NCBI RefSeq assembly: GCF_009914755.1
Contig: NC_060929.1
Direction: 5' to 3' (one strand)
From: the human T2T-CHM13v2.0 reference genome, Homo sapiens
Length of the DNA: 64,000 nucleotides
The notes under the pieces were generated by a model, which was given only the letters and a program-made list of their open reading frames with translations, did not search any database and was not told where the DNA came from. Shown here in pieces: positions 51,102 to 64,000 of the stretch (the first letter of the stretch is position 1; each line of letters opens with the position of its first letter). The position numbers and the translations under genes are program-made.

Positions 51102-51554
51102 TGTGAACCCCAAAAATCTGAGACAGGTCTCAGTTAACTTAGAAAGTTTATTTTGCCAAGGCTGAGGACACATGCCCGTGACACAGCCTCAGGAGGTCCT
51201 GATGACATGTGCCCAAGGTGGTCAGAGTACAGTTTGGTTTTATACATTTTAGGAAGACATGAGACATCAATCAACATAGGTAAGATGAACATTGGTTCCA
51301 TCTAGAAAAGGCAGGACAACTCGAAGCACGGAGGAAGCTTCCAGGTCATAGGTAGATAAGAGAAAAATGTTTGCATTCTTTTGAGTTTCTGATTAGTCTC
51401 TCCAAAGGAGGCAATCAGATATGCATTTATCTCAGTGAGCAGAGGGGGTGACTTTGAATAAAAATGGGAGGCCGGTTTGCCCTAAGCAGTTTCCAGCTTG
51501 GCTTTTCCCTTTAGCTTAGTGATTTGAGGGTCCCAAGATTATTTTCCTTTCACA
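51102..51554 (-). mobile_element. MER4A1-like solo LTR, inserted in an old antisense L1ME fragment (~50860-52450)
   Basis: 'tgtgaaccccaaaaatctgagacaggtctcagttaa...attttcctttcaca'. Confidence 0.9.
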
Positions 51555-51849
51555 GTTTATAGCTTTCAACATTCCACATTAATTTCCATATATTTTATCA
51601 TTTGCTGACATTGTGAATAAGATCTCCTTTCAATTAACTTTTCTAGTTGGCTATTCCTGATATTTAGGGAAGATACAGGTGTTTGCAGATTTATCTTGTA
51701 TTTGCCCGTTTCACTGAATGTTTTTGATTTTGCTAATAGTTTTGTTGCAAGTGGGGATGGCTTAATTTGGGTCTTCTATTTCTTCAAATAACTTTGTTTC
51801 CTCTTTTCCCAATATTTAATTCTCATTGCTTTTGGAGGACCTACCATGA

Positions 51850-52217
<368 letters not shown>

Positions 52218-52593
52218 TGCTTTGTTCATTTTTTAAAGGAAAATGTTTCTAGATTTGTTCTACCCTTTATAAAACTTTAAACTCTTAGTTTTTCCTTTTT
52301 TGATGTAATAAAATAGCAAAACTATATTCTAACTTAACGTATTTTAAAACTGGATTTTTGAATTTTATCAAATGTTGTTAGAGGCTTTTATTGACATATG
52401 GCTTTATTATTGAAGTTACTGATCTGTGATTTTTGAGTTTCCTTTTCATTGAATCATTCACTGATTTAGAGAGAGAATTTCCCTGATTCCCCAATCTTGA
52501 GTAGCCTCCCCTCTCACTCTTTATCACATCCTTCATTTTGCTCTGTTCATGGCAGTTATTATTGTTATTTTGAATTAACTTGTTTGTTTACAT

Positions 52594-53059
52594 CAGGGGT
52601 CCCCCACTCCCTGGCCGAAGACTGGTACTGGTTCGTGGCCTGTTAGGAACTGGGCTGCACAGCAGGAGGCAAGCAAGCATTACTGCCTGAGCTCTGCCTA
52701 CTGTCAGATCAGCAGCGGCATCAGATTCTCATAGAAGCACGAATCCTATTGTGAATTGCATATGTGAGGGATCTAGGTTGCATACTCTTTGTAAGAATCT
52801 AAGGCCTGATGATCTGAGGTGGAACAATTTCATCCCAAAACCATGAGGGATCTAGGTTGCACACTCTTTATAAGAATCAAATGCCTGATAATCTGAGGTG
52901 GAACAGTTTCATCCCAAAACCACCCTCCTACCCACCTCACCCATACACTCCCACACCCCCAATACCCCCACACCCCCCTACACAGCCCCCACTCCAGTCC
53001 CTGGAAAAACTGTCCTCCACAAAATCGGTCCCTAGTGCCAAAAAGGTTGGGGGCCACTG
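52594..53059 (+). mobile_element. MER1B with 79-bp internal tandem duplication and C-rich expansion
   Basis: TIRs 'caggggtccccca' / 'ttgggggccactg'; perfect 8-bp TSD gtttacat. Confidence 0.95.
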
Positions 53060-53849
53060 GTTTACATGTTATTGTCCGTCTTCTATGCATGGCACCCTTA
53101 CTGGTAATGCTTGCTTTGAAATCTTTATTGGTCAGATCATCTTTGCAATATTAAATTGTGATACACCCTGATCTAGCATTACAGTACTATCCTGGAGCTA
53201 ATAGAATCCAAAGCTGCTTCCTAAATCCTGGCTTTTCCTGCAGATTTCTTTGCAAGTCATCTCTGTGCAGAAGTGGCCTTTCACTCAGCACAGAGTACTA
53301 CATAGAATTCACGTTCCTCAGTTTCTGAGCTAACGTTCTGACCTCCTCTAAGTCTTGCTGCTAATGGACACTGGGAGACCTGGGATTTATGTATACTTCG
53401 ATTCAAAGATTGTACATATAAGAACCCATAATTGTTATATATTTTTGGCAAAAGATAAAGTATTTCTAAACAAATAATGAGATCAAGATAGTAGCACTAG
53501 ATAAAAAATAACACCTGGATTCCAGCCCAGATGTTTTCACTATTTACCATGTGATCTTGGCCAAGTTAGTTATCCTCTTAGAGTTCTCTTCTGTAAAATG
53601 AGGTTACTGCATTAGATTTGTCGATGCCTCCAGCTGCAATTTAAAATGAATAACCTATTAGAGAAATATATAAAATTAATATTAATAAACTACTCATATC
53701 TAAATTGTTAAAGTAAACCTTTAGGTACTGCTATCTTATCAAAATATGATGATGGGATAGTGGAATTTTTGTATCCAAACATCAAGTCATTTCTTCCAAT
53801 TAAATCTCACAAATCATATGATTTGGAGTAGTACCTCTGCAATGGAAAA

Positions 53850-54345
53850 CTCTGGGGTAGTCTCTCTAGCTTCTCTGCTTGTTCTAGGAACTGCTCCTCC
53901 CTCTCTTTTTCATCCTCCCATCATAGTGCAGCTATAATGTGACCCTTCCTCCTGGCCACAGCTAATCATCTGTGTGATCCAGGTGTGGATACCTCACCTA
54001 ATCAGAGCCAGTGAGTCCCATCCTCAGGAATTTGGGTCTTGGATAGGAAAAAATATGGAAAGCAAGTTGGTCTCTCATTCTTGAAGCCATAAAGTGAAAA
54101 CCTTGGTGTGCTAGGCAGATATGTTCCCATGGAAAAGATGGTCTACAGAAAAAAGAAGCAAGCAGAGAATCTAATATTGCTGGTCCCTAGGCTAGCTGGC
54201 TTCTTATCTGTAGAGCAGTTTGTTCAACTCGTCTCAGTATACTTTATATAAGTTCTTCCTTTTGCCTAAGCTGGTCAGAGTCTTGTTTGGTGCCTTCTCC
54301 CCCGAAAAAAAAATAAATAAATAAAAATAAATAAATCTAAAAGAA
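53850..54345 (+). mobile_element. MLT1K/L-like LTR
   Basis: 'cctggccacag..gatccaggtgtggatacct..agagccagtgag' and 'ataagttcttccttttgcctaagctggtcagag'. Confidence 0.55.
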
Positions 54346-56244
54346 TGCAACTTCTAATAAGATGAAATCTCTCATCTTCAGGTAATCTTCCCAGCAGGTA
54401 TGATTACTTTTCCCATAGCCCTGTTCATCTCTGTGACTTCTATGAGAGTGCCTTGAGTTATCTGCTCACATTACTCCTTCCTTTTAAATTGAAATTTTCC
54501 CATTAGCTTAACTAGTATAAGATGTACTTTCTCTAGCAAAAATTGATCTGTGTGGCTTAGAGATATTTTCACCTTGAATCTGTCACTTCTGAGCCCTTCT
54601 CCTTCAGATTCCATTGCACAGAGTAGTACAGTTGTCTGTTAAAGAAGATTTTACAGGATCTTAGACACTATGTAAACTATATATAGATTTTTGTTGCACC
54701 TGTAAGATGGGCCTTAATTTCAGCTTCTCAGATCTTGAAGTGAGAGAAAAAATAAAAGATGTGTGATAATTTGAGAGAAATAATCTTTTAGATTAAAACA
54801 ACTTAAGATATACTAGAATCATGGTAAATCCTTGACATAGCAATGTGATGGCCTCCTACTTCCTCAGCAGTCAAATTCCAGTATTATATCCACAAGAATT
54901 ACAAAGTAATTATGCACTCCATATATCAGAACACACTTCTGAGGAAAGAATACAAATTATTTGAGCAAAAAGTCATAAATATGACTAACCAGCATAGAGA
55001 AAAGAGTTAATGAGGAAGTGGGAAAGGTGTTAAGGGACAGAAATTAATAGCTTATCCACAACTATTGTTGAAATTTTCCTTTGTTTTGATTTTTGTAGAT
55101 GTCTTATCAACTTATATATTCTTCATAATAAAATGCCTAATGATTTTTCTTTGTAATTTATGCAAATATGTATGCCTTCAGAAAAAATCCACTTCCCAGA
55201 TTAGAAAGCCTTCCTTCTGTTTAGTCCTAAGGGACCGTGAGATATGTTTTTCCCCACGGGCAACACAAGCCCTGTGAAATGGAGGCAGAGCTTTCATGCT
55301 TTAAAATTCATTTCTCTAACTGTACAATCATTACCAGTATGGGCAAAGCAAATCCAAATTACCACTTACACTTCAGGCCAACTAGAAAAGAGACAGTTCT
55401 CATTTTAGAATTCTTTAAATCTTCCCTGACAGGAGTGCTAGAAAAGCATAACATACGGAATCACAAATTGGTCTTTTGACAAACTGCCAATCTATTGACT
55501 CTTAAAGGAAGAAAAACAGTGAATACTAAGGACAAAACAGAGGTAATAGCTGAGAAGTGCAGTTGAAATTGAACTAAAAATGCAGAGGAAGAGAAAAAGA
55601 AGCCAGTCCAGCATAGGTATGACTTCAGACCCCAAGGGAAAACTTCATAAGGAAATCTTTCGTTACTTTAAAAGTTTGGAAGTCATCTTCATAGCAGAAA
55701 GGCTCCATGGTTTGGTGGAAAGCATTGATGCTTGGATATTATGACTCCAGAATTTCTGGTACAGAAATTAAAAATTATAAACAGACTTTCCTATTGCCCT
55801 TATTTGGTTTCTATCTCCAGGGATAATTTAAGAGATATGTATATAGGAATCTTGACTTTTTAATCTGTAAATTTTGCTATAACAATCTAGGTTTGAGAAC
55901 ATACACTTTTCTGGATAGAATGTCTCTTTTTATGAAAGCTGTGAATTCATGTATAAATTAATTTTGTGCAGAATTTTCATGACATACAAAACATGAAAAA
56001 TGATATGGCAGATTATTTGGACCAATTACATGTTATTCCACATGTAATTATAATAAAATTATAAGTGACTTCTAAATTATTAATGAAATTGAAACTAAAT
56101 GTTTAAAATATTTAATTCTAGTTGTAAACCTGCTAACTCAAAATTACATATAGTCACACACGGAACTACTTTTTTTCTTACAATCAAAATTAAAAATGAA
56201 ACCATGTTTAGAATATCATTTAATGGCTCTAAAAAGTAGTATCA

Positions 56245-56575
<331 letters not shown>

Positions 56576-56580
56576 AGGAA

Positions 56581-56864
56581 TAGAAACCAGGTCTTGCTCT
56601 GTTGCCCAGGCTGGAGTGCAGTAGCACAATCTTGGCTCACTGCAGCCTTGGCCTGCCTGGCTCAGGTGATCCTCCAACTCAGCCTCCTGAGTAGCTGGGA
56701 CCACAGTCGCACTACCAAGTTGGGCTAATTTTTTGTACGTTTTTTTCTGTAGGGGTAGGGTTCACTATGTTGCCCAGGCTGGTCTCACTCCGGAGCTCAC
56801 GCCATCCACTGGCCTTGGCTTCCCAAAGTGCTAGGATTACAGGCATGAGCCATGGCGCCCAGCC
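56581..56864 (-). mobile_element. AluJ, antisense, without T tail
   Basis: 'ggtcttgctctgttgcccaggctggagtgcag...gccatggcgcccagcc'. Confidence 0.9.
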
Positions 56865-56896
56865 TATCTGGTCTCTTAAAAAATAAAATGAATTTA

Positions 56897-57185
<289 letters not shown>

Positions 57186-57249
57186 TTAAAAAGTATTTTT
57201 AGAGTAGTATCAAATATTTTGGTTTAAGCTACTACATATATTTTTGTCA

Positions 57250-58085
57250 CTTCTCTCTTCTGAAAGCACCTAAAACTGAGAGTAAATGTCTTCCATTTTT
57301 TCTAAATTTTGGAAATGGAACTCTTCTATTTTTTCCAAATTCTGCTCTTAGAAGAGCAGAGAAACCTGAAATCAAAGTTCCTAATACCATACTGAAGTAC
57401 GCTGATTCTCTCCATAAAGCTCGAGAAGGGCTCAGGAATTGGAGGTACAGAAAAGGCAGAGATGCAGGGTGGGACTGACAGAGGGAGAACCAGTTGAAAA
57501 GAGCACTGGAGCCCTACCTTATGAAGCCAGCTAACTACTCTTGTCTCACCCTTCGGGAAGGAGGAGGTTTATTTTCTATGGCATTTGAACCAGTGAGGCC
57601 CCAGATTTGAGGGCTCCAGGAACACAGAGAGCAGGGATGAGGCACCAGCCAGAAAATAAGGGACTAATTAGTCATAATCAACCTTCCACTTCTAGCCCTA
57701 TAACTCCTTCCAGGTGCCACGACACAAGGAATCATTCTTATTCCTCCCAATCAAGACATCAGAGGAGCCTTCTATGGAGACCCAGAAAGTCCCTCAACAC
57801 AAAAGCTGTCTTAATGTCCCACATCCCTCAAGAGATGCCCACCTGTCTACAAGTTCCTCATTACAACACAGCTTCCAAACAGCTTTTCGGTGCCTTACTC
57901 TTAAATATTTCTGAATGGAGAACCGAGCCTCACCAGATACTTAAAGAAAGCCTCCAAAATCAAAGGCATAAACAAAAATGATCAGAAGAAAAAGAACTTG
58001 GCGGGGGGGTGGGTGAAGAATGCAGGCAATAGAAGAAAACTGATTTTTAACCCGGATTAGTATCATGCAAGATATAAGAGAAGAC
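57250..58085 (+). mobile_element. HAL1 5' region
   Basis: 'cagcttttcggtgccttactcttaaatat...caccagatacttaaagaaagcctcc...gatataagagaaga' matches HAL1. Confidence 0.65.
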
Positions 58086-58384
58086 TAACTCAGTCTTTTA
58101 CCCCCATGCCTTTCAACAAAAGATCTAAAATTGAGATACCTTTAGATAGCATTCTCATTAAGTTTTGCCATTATTTGCCACTAGTTTTGCTTTGTTGGGA
58201 TTAAACAATATGCCCAACTCATCTTTATTTAATGTTTTCACTCAAAACATTTATCAATACTGAGACATTTCTAAAGAAAAAAGTTTGCATTCCTCCATTT
58301 TGGCTATACTGTTAATAATGTTAGTAGAATTGGCATTATTTTCAATTCACCTAGAACAAATTATTATTCACCCCAAGGAATAAA

Positions 58385-58630
58385 AATAATCATAGTTGGC
58401 ATTTAGTTGAGTGCTTACTTTGAGCTAGGCACTGTGACAAGTCCATTACATGCACAGGCTCATTTAATCCTCTCAACAACCTTAGAAGATAGGTACTATT
58501 TTTATTCTTATCAGACAGATGAGGAAACCAAGGCTTCCAAAGGCCAATTGATGTCTCCATGATGGCAAAGCCAAGATTTGAGCCTAGATACACCTGGCAT
58601 TAATGCTTTGCCTTTAACTCTTGTGCTCAC
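58385..58630 (-). mobile_element. MIR
   Basis: 'ctcatttaatcctctcaacaacc...cagatgaggaaaccaaggct'. Confidence 0.85.
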
Positions 58631-60021
58631 TACTTCTTAAAGAAGAAAAAAGAAAATCAGAGTTGCATTGTGAAGATGCAAAAGGAAGGAGATTAAATGG
58701 TAAATTGGTAATATGTGTCACTTGAGGTTGAAGAAGTCAGGAGAGAGAAGGCTGGAGGGACATAATGTACAGGGAATGGCCTTTGCTAGGGGAACCATGG
58801 ATTGGCTCTTTTTCCCTTAAAATTCTCTAGAGACTTATCCGGTTGTTGTTTGTATCAATTGTTTGTCTGTTTTTTATTTCTGAGTAATATTCCTTGGTTA
58901 TGGAAGTACCACACTTTCTTTCTTCATTCATTGAAAAACATCTGGGTTGTTTCCAGTTTTTAGATATTACAAATAAAACTGCTATAAACACTCATGTACA
59001 GGTTTTCTGTGAAAATAAGCTTTCATTTCTTTGATAACTCTTCTAACAATGGCTAGGTCAAAGGGTAATCACATGTTTCGTTTTTTTCCCAACAGCAATG
59101 TATAAGTGATTCAGTTTCTCTGAGTTCTTGCCAGATATTGTGCTGTCACTTATTTTTTAAATTCCAGACATTCAGATAGGTGTGTAGTGATGTCTTATTG
59201 TGGCTTAATTTGCATTTCTCTAATGGCTAATGATGTTGACTGATTTTTGAATATTGGATTAGACTTGCATCCATTAAAAAAAATCACTTTTTCATGGTAT
59301 GTAATTTTTTTTATATATTGTTGAATTCTGTTTGCTAACATCTTGTTAAGAATTTTTGAGTTCATGTTCATTAAATATTGGCCTGAAGATTTCCTTTTTA
59401 TGTTGTCTTTGTATGGTTTTGATAACAGGGTGAGAGTAGCTACATAAAATGAATTGGGAAATGCTCCCTCCTCTCTTTTTTTTCTGGAAAAGATATGTAA
59501 TTGATGTTAATTCTTTAAATGTTTGGTAGAATTGTCCAGTGAAACCACCTGGGCCTTGATATTTATTTCCAAGAAGTTTTAAAATTATAAATTCAATTCT
59601 CTTAATAGTTACATTTATATAATAGTTATATAATTCAAATTATCTATTTCATTTTGGGCAAACTATAGTCATTCGTGCTTTTTAAGGAATTGATCCATTT
59701 CATCTAAGTTGTCAGATTTTTGCGTGCAGAATTGTTTTTACTATTCCCTTATCATCTTTTTTATATCTGCAGGGTTTGTAGTGATATCCTCTGTTTCATT
59801 CTTGAGTTTGGTAATTCATGTCTCCTCTCTTCTTTCTTGTTCATAAGAAAAAGAGATGGACGTTTGTTGATTTTAATTTTTTTCCAAAGAAGCTTTTTGT
59901 TTCATTGATTTTTCTCTATTCTGTTTTTAACTTCATTAATTTCTGTTTCTACCTTTATTAATTCTGTTTCTTCACTTGCTTTTGGTTTTTCTTTCTTTTT
60001 CTAGGTTCTTGGGGTGGGAAG

Positions 60022-60678
<657 letters not shown>

Positions 60679-61249
60679 CTTAGATTATTGATTTGAGACT
60701 TTTCATCATTTCTAATAAATGCACTTAAATTTAACCTAACATATGCTATAACTTTCCCTTATAGCCCTGTTTTAGCTGTGTCATAAAATTTTATATGTTA
60801 TATTTTCATTTTGATTCAGTTCAATATATTTTTAAATTTCCCTTCAGAATTATCTGGCCCATAGGTTATTTGGAAGTGTGTTGTTTAGTTTACAAATGTT
60901 TGGAGAACATTTTGCAGTTACTGATTTCTAGTTTGATTTTGTTATGGTAAAAAAACACTATATAATTTCAATTCTTTGAAATTTATTGAGCTTTGTTTTA
61001 TAACAAGGATATGGTCTATCTTGACATTTGTTCTATAAACACTTGAAAAGAATGTTAAGTCTGCTGTTGTTGGGTAGAGTATTTTATAAATGTTGATTAA
61101 ATCCTTTTGGCTGGTGGTATTGTTGAGTTCTTATGTATTCTTGCTGATTTTTCATCTAGTTGTTCTATAAACTATTAAGAGGTGCTGAAGTCTCTAACTA
61201 TAATTGTGGATTTGCCTATCTCTCCTATTAGTACTATCAGTTCACCTAG

Positions 61250-62010
61250 TGATACAGAAGTGGGCAAGGAAGTGCTGGGAAGGGAAGGGCAGGTCCCTGG
61301 CAAGGGCTTAGTTGCTGGCCCTGTCCCTGTGGACCTAGGTGAGGACAGGCACTCCTGACTCCATACCCAAATGTTGCATTTCCCAAGACCACCCTGGCCC
61401 ACCACACCCCCATCTTGTGCCTATAAAAACTCTCGAGATTCGAGCAGGGAGGCACACAAGCAGCTGGACGGCAAGAGGAATGCGAGGGAGCACACTGGCA
61501 GAAGAGCACATGACAGGCACCAGCATGCCATCGACCAGCAGAACAAGGCAGAGTTTGGCCGTGGCAATCAATGGAGACCCTGGGCTGCCGAGCACCCCAA
61601 CTTCAAGAGAAAACTATCTCCCTTCTGGCTCCCCCATCTGCTGAGAGCTACTTCCCACTCAATAAAACCTTCCACACATTCTCCAAGCCCGTGTGTGATC
61701 TGATTCTTCTGGTACACCAAGGCAAGAACCCTGGGATACAGAAAGCCCTCTGTCTTTGCGATAAGGCAGGAGCCTAATTGAGCTAATACAAGCCACCTAT
61801 GGATGGCTAAACTAAAAAAGCACCCTGTAACACATGCCCACTGGGGGTTCAGCTATAAACATTCACCCCTAGACACTGCCATGGGGTCGGAGGCCCACAG
61901 CTTGCCCATTTGTATGCTCCTCTAGAGGTTTGATCAGCAGGGAATGAAGAAGCAAGCCACACCCACATTGCATGACCTGAGAGGGGGACAACGGAACTTT
62001 TCCTGTTTCA
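61250..62010 (+). mobile_element. MER50 (ERV1) solo LTR
   Basis: TG...CA termini, TATA 'cctataaaaa', poly-A signal 'aataaaa', perfect 4-bp TSD ctag. Confidence 0.92.
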
Positions 62011-62334
62011 CTAGTTTGCAGCTGTTATTTGGTGCAGACACATTTACAATTGCTGTGTCTTTTTGGTGGACTGACCCTATATTATTACATAATATCTCTC
62101 CTTGACTCTGGTACTTTTCTTTGCTCTGAAGTATGCTTTATGTGATATCAATATAGCCACTCCTACTTTCTTTTGGTTAATTATTACATCATATATCTTT
62201 TTTCATTCTTTTATTTTCAACTTGCCTATTATTATACTTGAAGTGAGTTTCTTGTAGAAAGCATATACGCAGTTCATATTTTCTAATCCATTCTGCCAGT
62301 CAAAATACAATGTTGTAGATATTTATGTTTTGTT

Positions 62335-64000
62335 ATTTTGTTTGTTTGTTTTTACTATACTTTACGTTCTGGGATACATGTGCAGAATGTGCAGGTTTGT
62401 TACATAGGTATACACATGCCATGGTGGTTTGCTGCACCCATCAACCCATCATCTACATTAGGTATTTCTCCTAATGCTATCCCTCCCCCAGCCCCCCACC
62501 CCCAGACAGACCCCAGTGTGTGATGTTCCCCTCCCTGTGTCCATGTGTTCTCATTGTTCGACTCCCACTTATGAGTGAGAACATGCAGTGTTTGGTTTTC
62601 TGTTCCTGTGTTAGTTTGCTGAGAATGATAGTTTCCAGCTTCATCCATGTCCCTGCAAAGGACATGAACTCATCCTTTTTAATGGCTGCATAGTATTACA
62701 TGGTGTATAGGTGCCATATTTTCTTTATCCAGTCTATCATTGATGGGCATTTGAATCAGCTCCAAGTCTTTGCTATCATGAATAGTGCTGCAATAAACAT
62801 ACGTGAGCATGTGTCTTTACAGTAGAATGATTTATATCCTTTGGGTATATGCCCAGTAATGGGATTGCTAGGTCAAATGGTATTTCTGGTTCTACATCCT
62901 TGAGGAATTGCCACACTGTCTTCCACAATGGTTGAACTAATTTACACTCCCACCAACAGCGTAAAAGTGTTCCTTTTTCTCCACATCCTCTCCAGCATCT
63001 GTTGTTTCCTAACTTTTTAATAATCACCATTCTAACTGGCATGAGATGCTATCTCACTGTGGTTTTGATTTGCATTTCTCTAATGATCAGTGATGATGAG
63101 CTTTTTTTCATATGCTTGTTAGCTGCATAAATGTCTTCTTTTGAGAAGTGTCTGTTCATATACTTTGCCCACTTTTTGATGGGGTTGTTTGATTTTTTTC
63201 TTGTAAATTTGTTTAAGTTCTTTGTAGATTCTGGATATTACCCTTTGTCAGATGGATTGCAAAAATTTTTTCCCATTCTGTAGGCTGCCTGTTCACTCTG
63301 ATGATAGTTTCTTTTGCTGTGCAGAAGCTCGTTAGTTTAATTAGATCCCATCTGGCAATTTTGGCTTTTGTTGCCATGGCTTTTGGTGTTTTAGTCATGA
63401 AGTCTTCTCCCATACCTATGTCCTAAATAGTATTGCCTAGGTTTTCTTCCAGAGTTTTTACGGTTTTTGGTCTTACATTTAAGTCTTTAATCCATCTTCA
63501 GTTAATTTTTGTATAAGGTGTAAGGAAGGGGTCCAGTTTCAGTTTTCTACATATGGCTAGCCAGTTTTCCCAACACCATTTATGAAATAGGGAATCCTTT
63601 CCCCATTGCTTGTTTTTGTCAGGTTTGTCAAAGATCAGATGGTTGTAGATATGTGGCATTATTTCTGAGGCCTCTGTTCTGTTCCATTGGCCTATATATC
63701 TATTTTGGTACCAGTACCATGCAGTTTTGGTTACTGTGGCCTTGTAGTATAGTTTGAAGTCAGGTAGCATGATGCCTCTAGCTTTGCTCTTTTTGCTTGG
63801 GATTGTCTTGGCTATACAGGCTCCTTTTTGGTTCCATATGAAATTTAAAGTAGTTTTTTCTAATTCTGTGAATAAAGTCAACGGTAGCTTGATGGGGACA
63901 GCATTGAATCTATAAATCACTTTGGGCAGTACGGCCATTTCTACAATATTGATTCTTCCCATCCATGAGCCTGAAACACTCCATTTGTGTCCTCTCCTAT
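62335..64000 (-). mobile_element. L1PA (L1PA7-like) 3'UTR and ORF2 C-terminus, running off the window
   Basis: ORF 63498-63962 ([16 protein letters not shown]...[17 protein letters not shown]) and primate L1 3'UTR. Confidence 0.95.

Noticed and set aside
54585-55625. Plus-strand acceptor/donor-like sites (cttctccttcag|ATT; CAGAG|gtaata; CATAG|gtatga)
   Set aside because: Stops in all frames and no consistent exon chain; frequency compatible with background
61175-61777. Cluster of overlapping ORFs on both strands
   Set aside because: They lie largely within the GC-richer MER50 LTR, where stop codons are scarce

Overview
AT-rich primate (human-like) intronic/intergenic DNA made up largely of transposable-element fossils. 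I can support no intact protein-coding gene. The ORF track is explained by Alu, L1, LTR and DNA-transposon sequence or by chance. Main structures: (i) a multi-level nested L1/THE1/L1MC/MER44/Alu/MER1B stack at ~4-11 kb; (ii) a hAT-Tip100 (MER45R-like) transposase fossil carrying a Y1 RNA retrocopy at ~27-28.5 kb; (iii) a very old class-I (MER4-group, MER110-like) provirus on the minus strand at 29,359-45,384, with both LTRs, a tRNA-Gln primer-binding site, gag and env (immunosuppressive domain) remnants and a polypurine tract, inflated from ~5.5 kb to 16 kb by later insertions that include an MST provirus holding a near full-length L1MA; (iv) several atypical Alu structures: a composite insert inside one 15-bp TSD, a perfect 54-bp internal duplication, a tailless copy and an inverted triple cluster. 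A few splice-site pairs hint at a non-coding minus-strand transcript but are unproven. Subfamily names come from my recollection of consensus sequences and need RepeatMasker/Dfam confirmation. Boundaries without a stated TSD are approximate.
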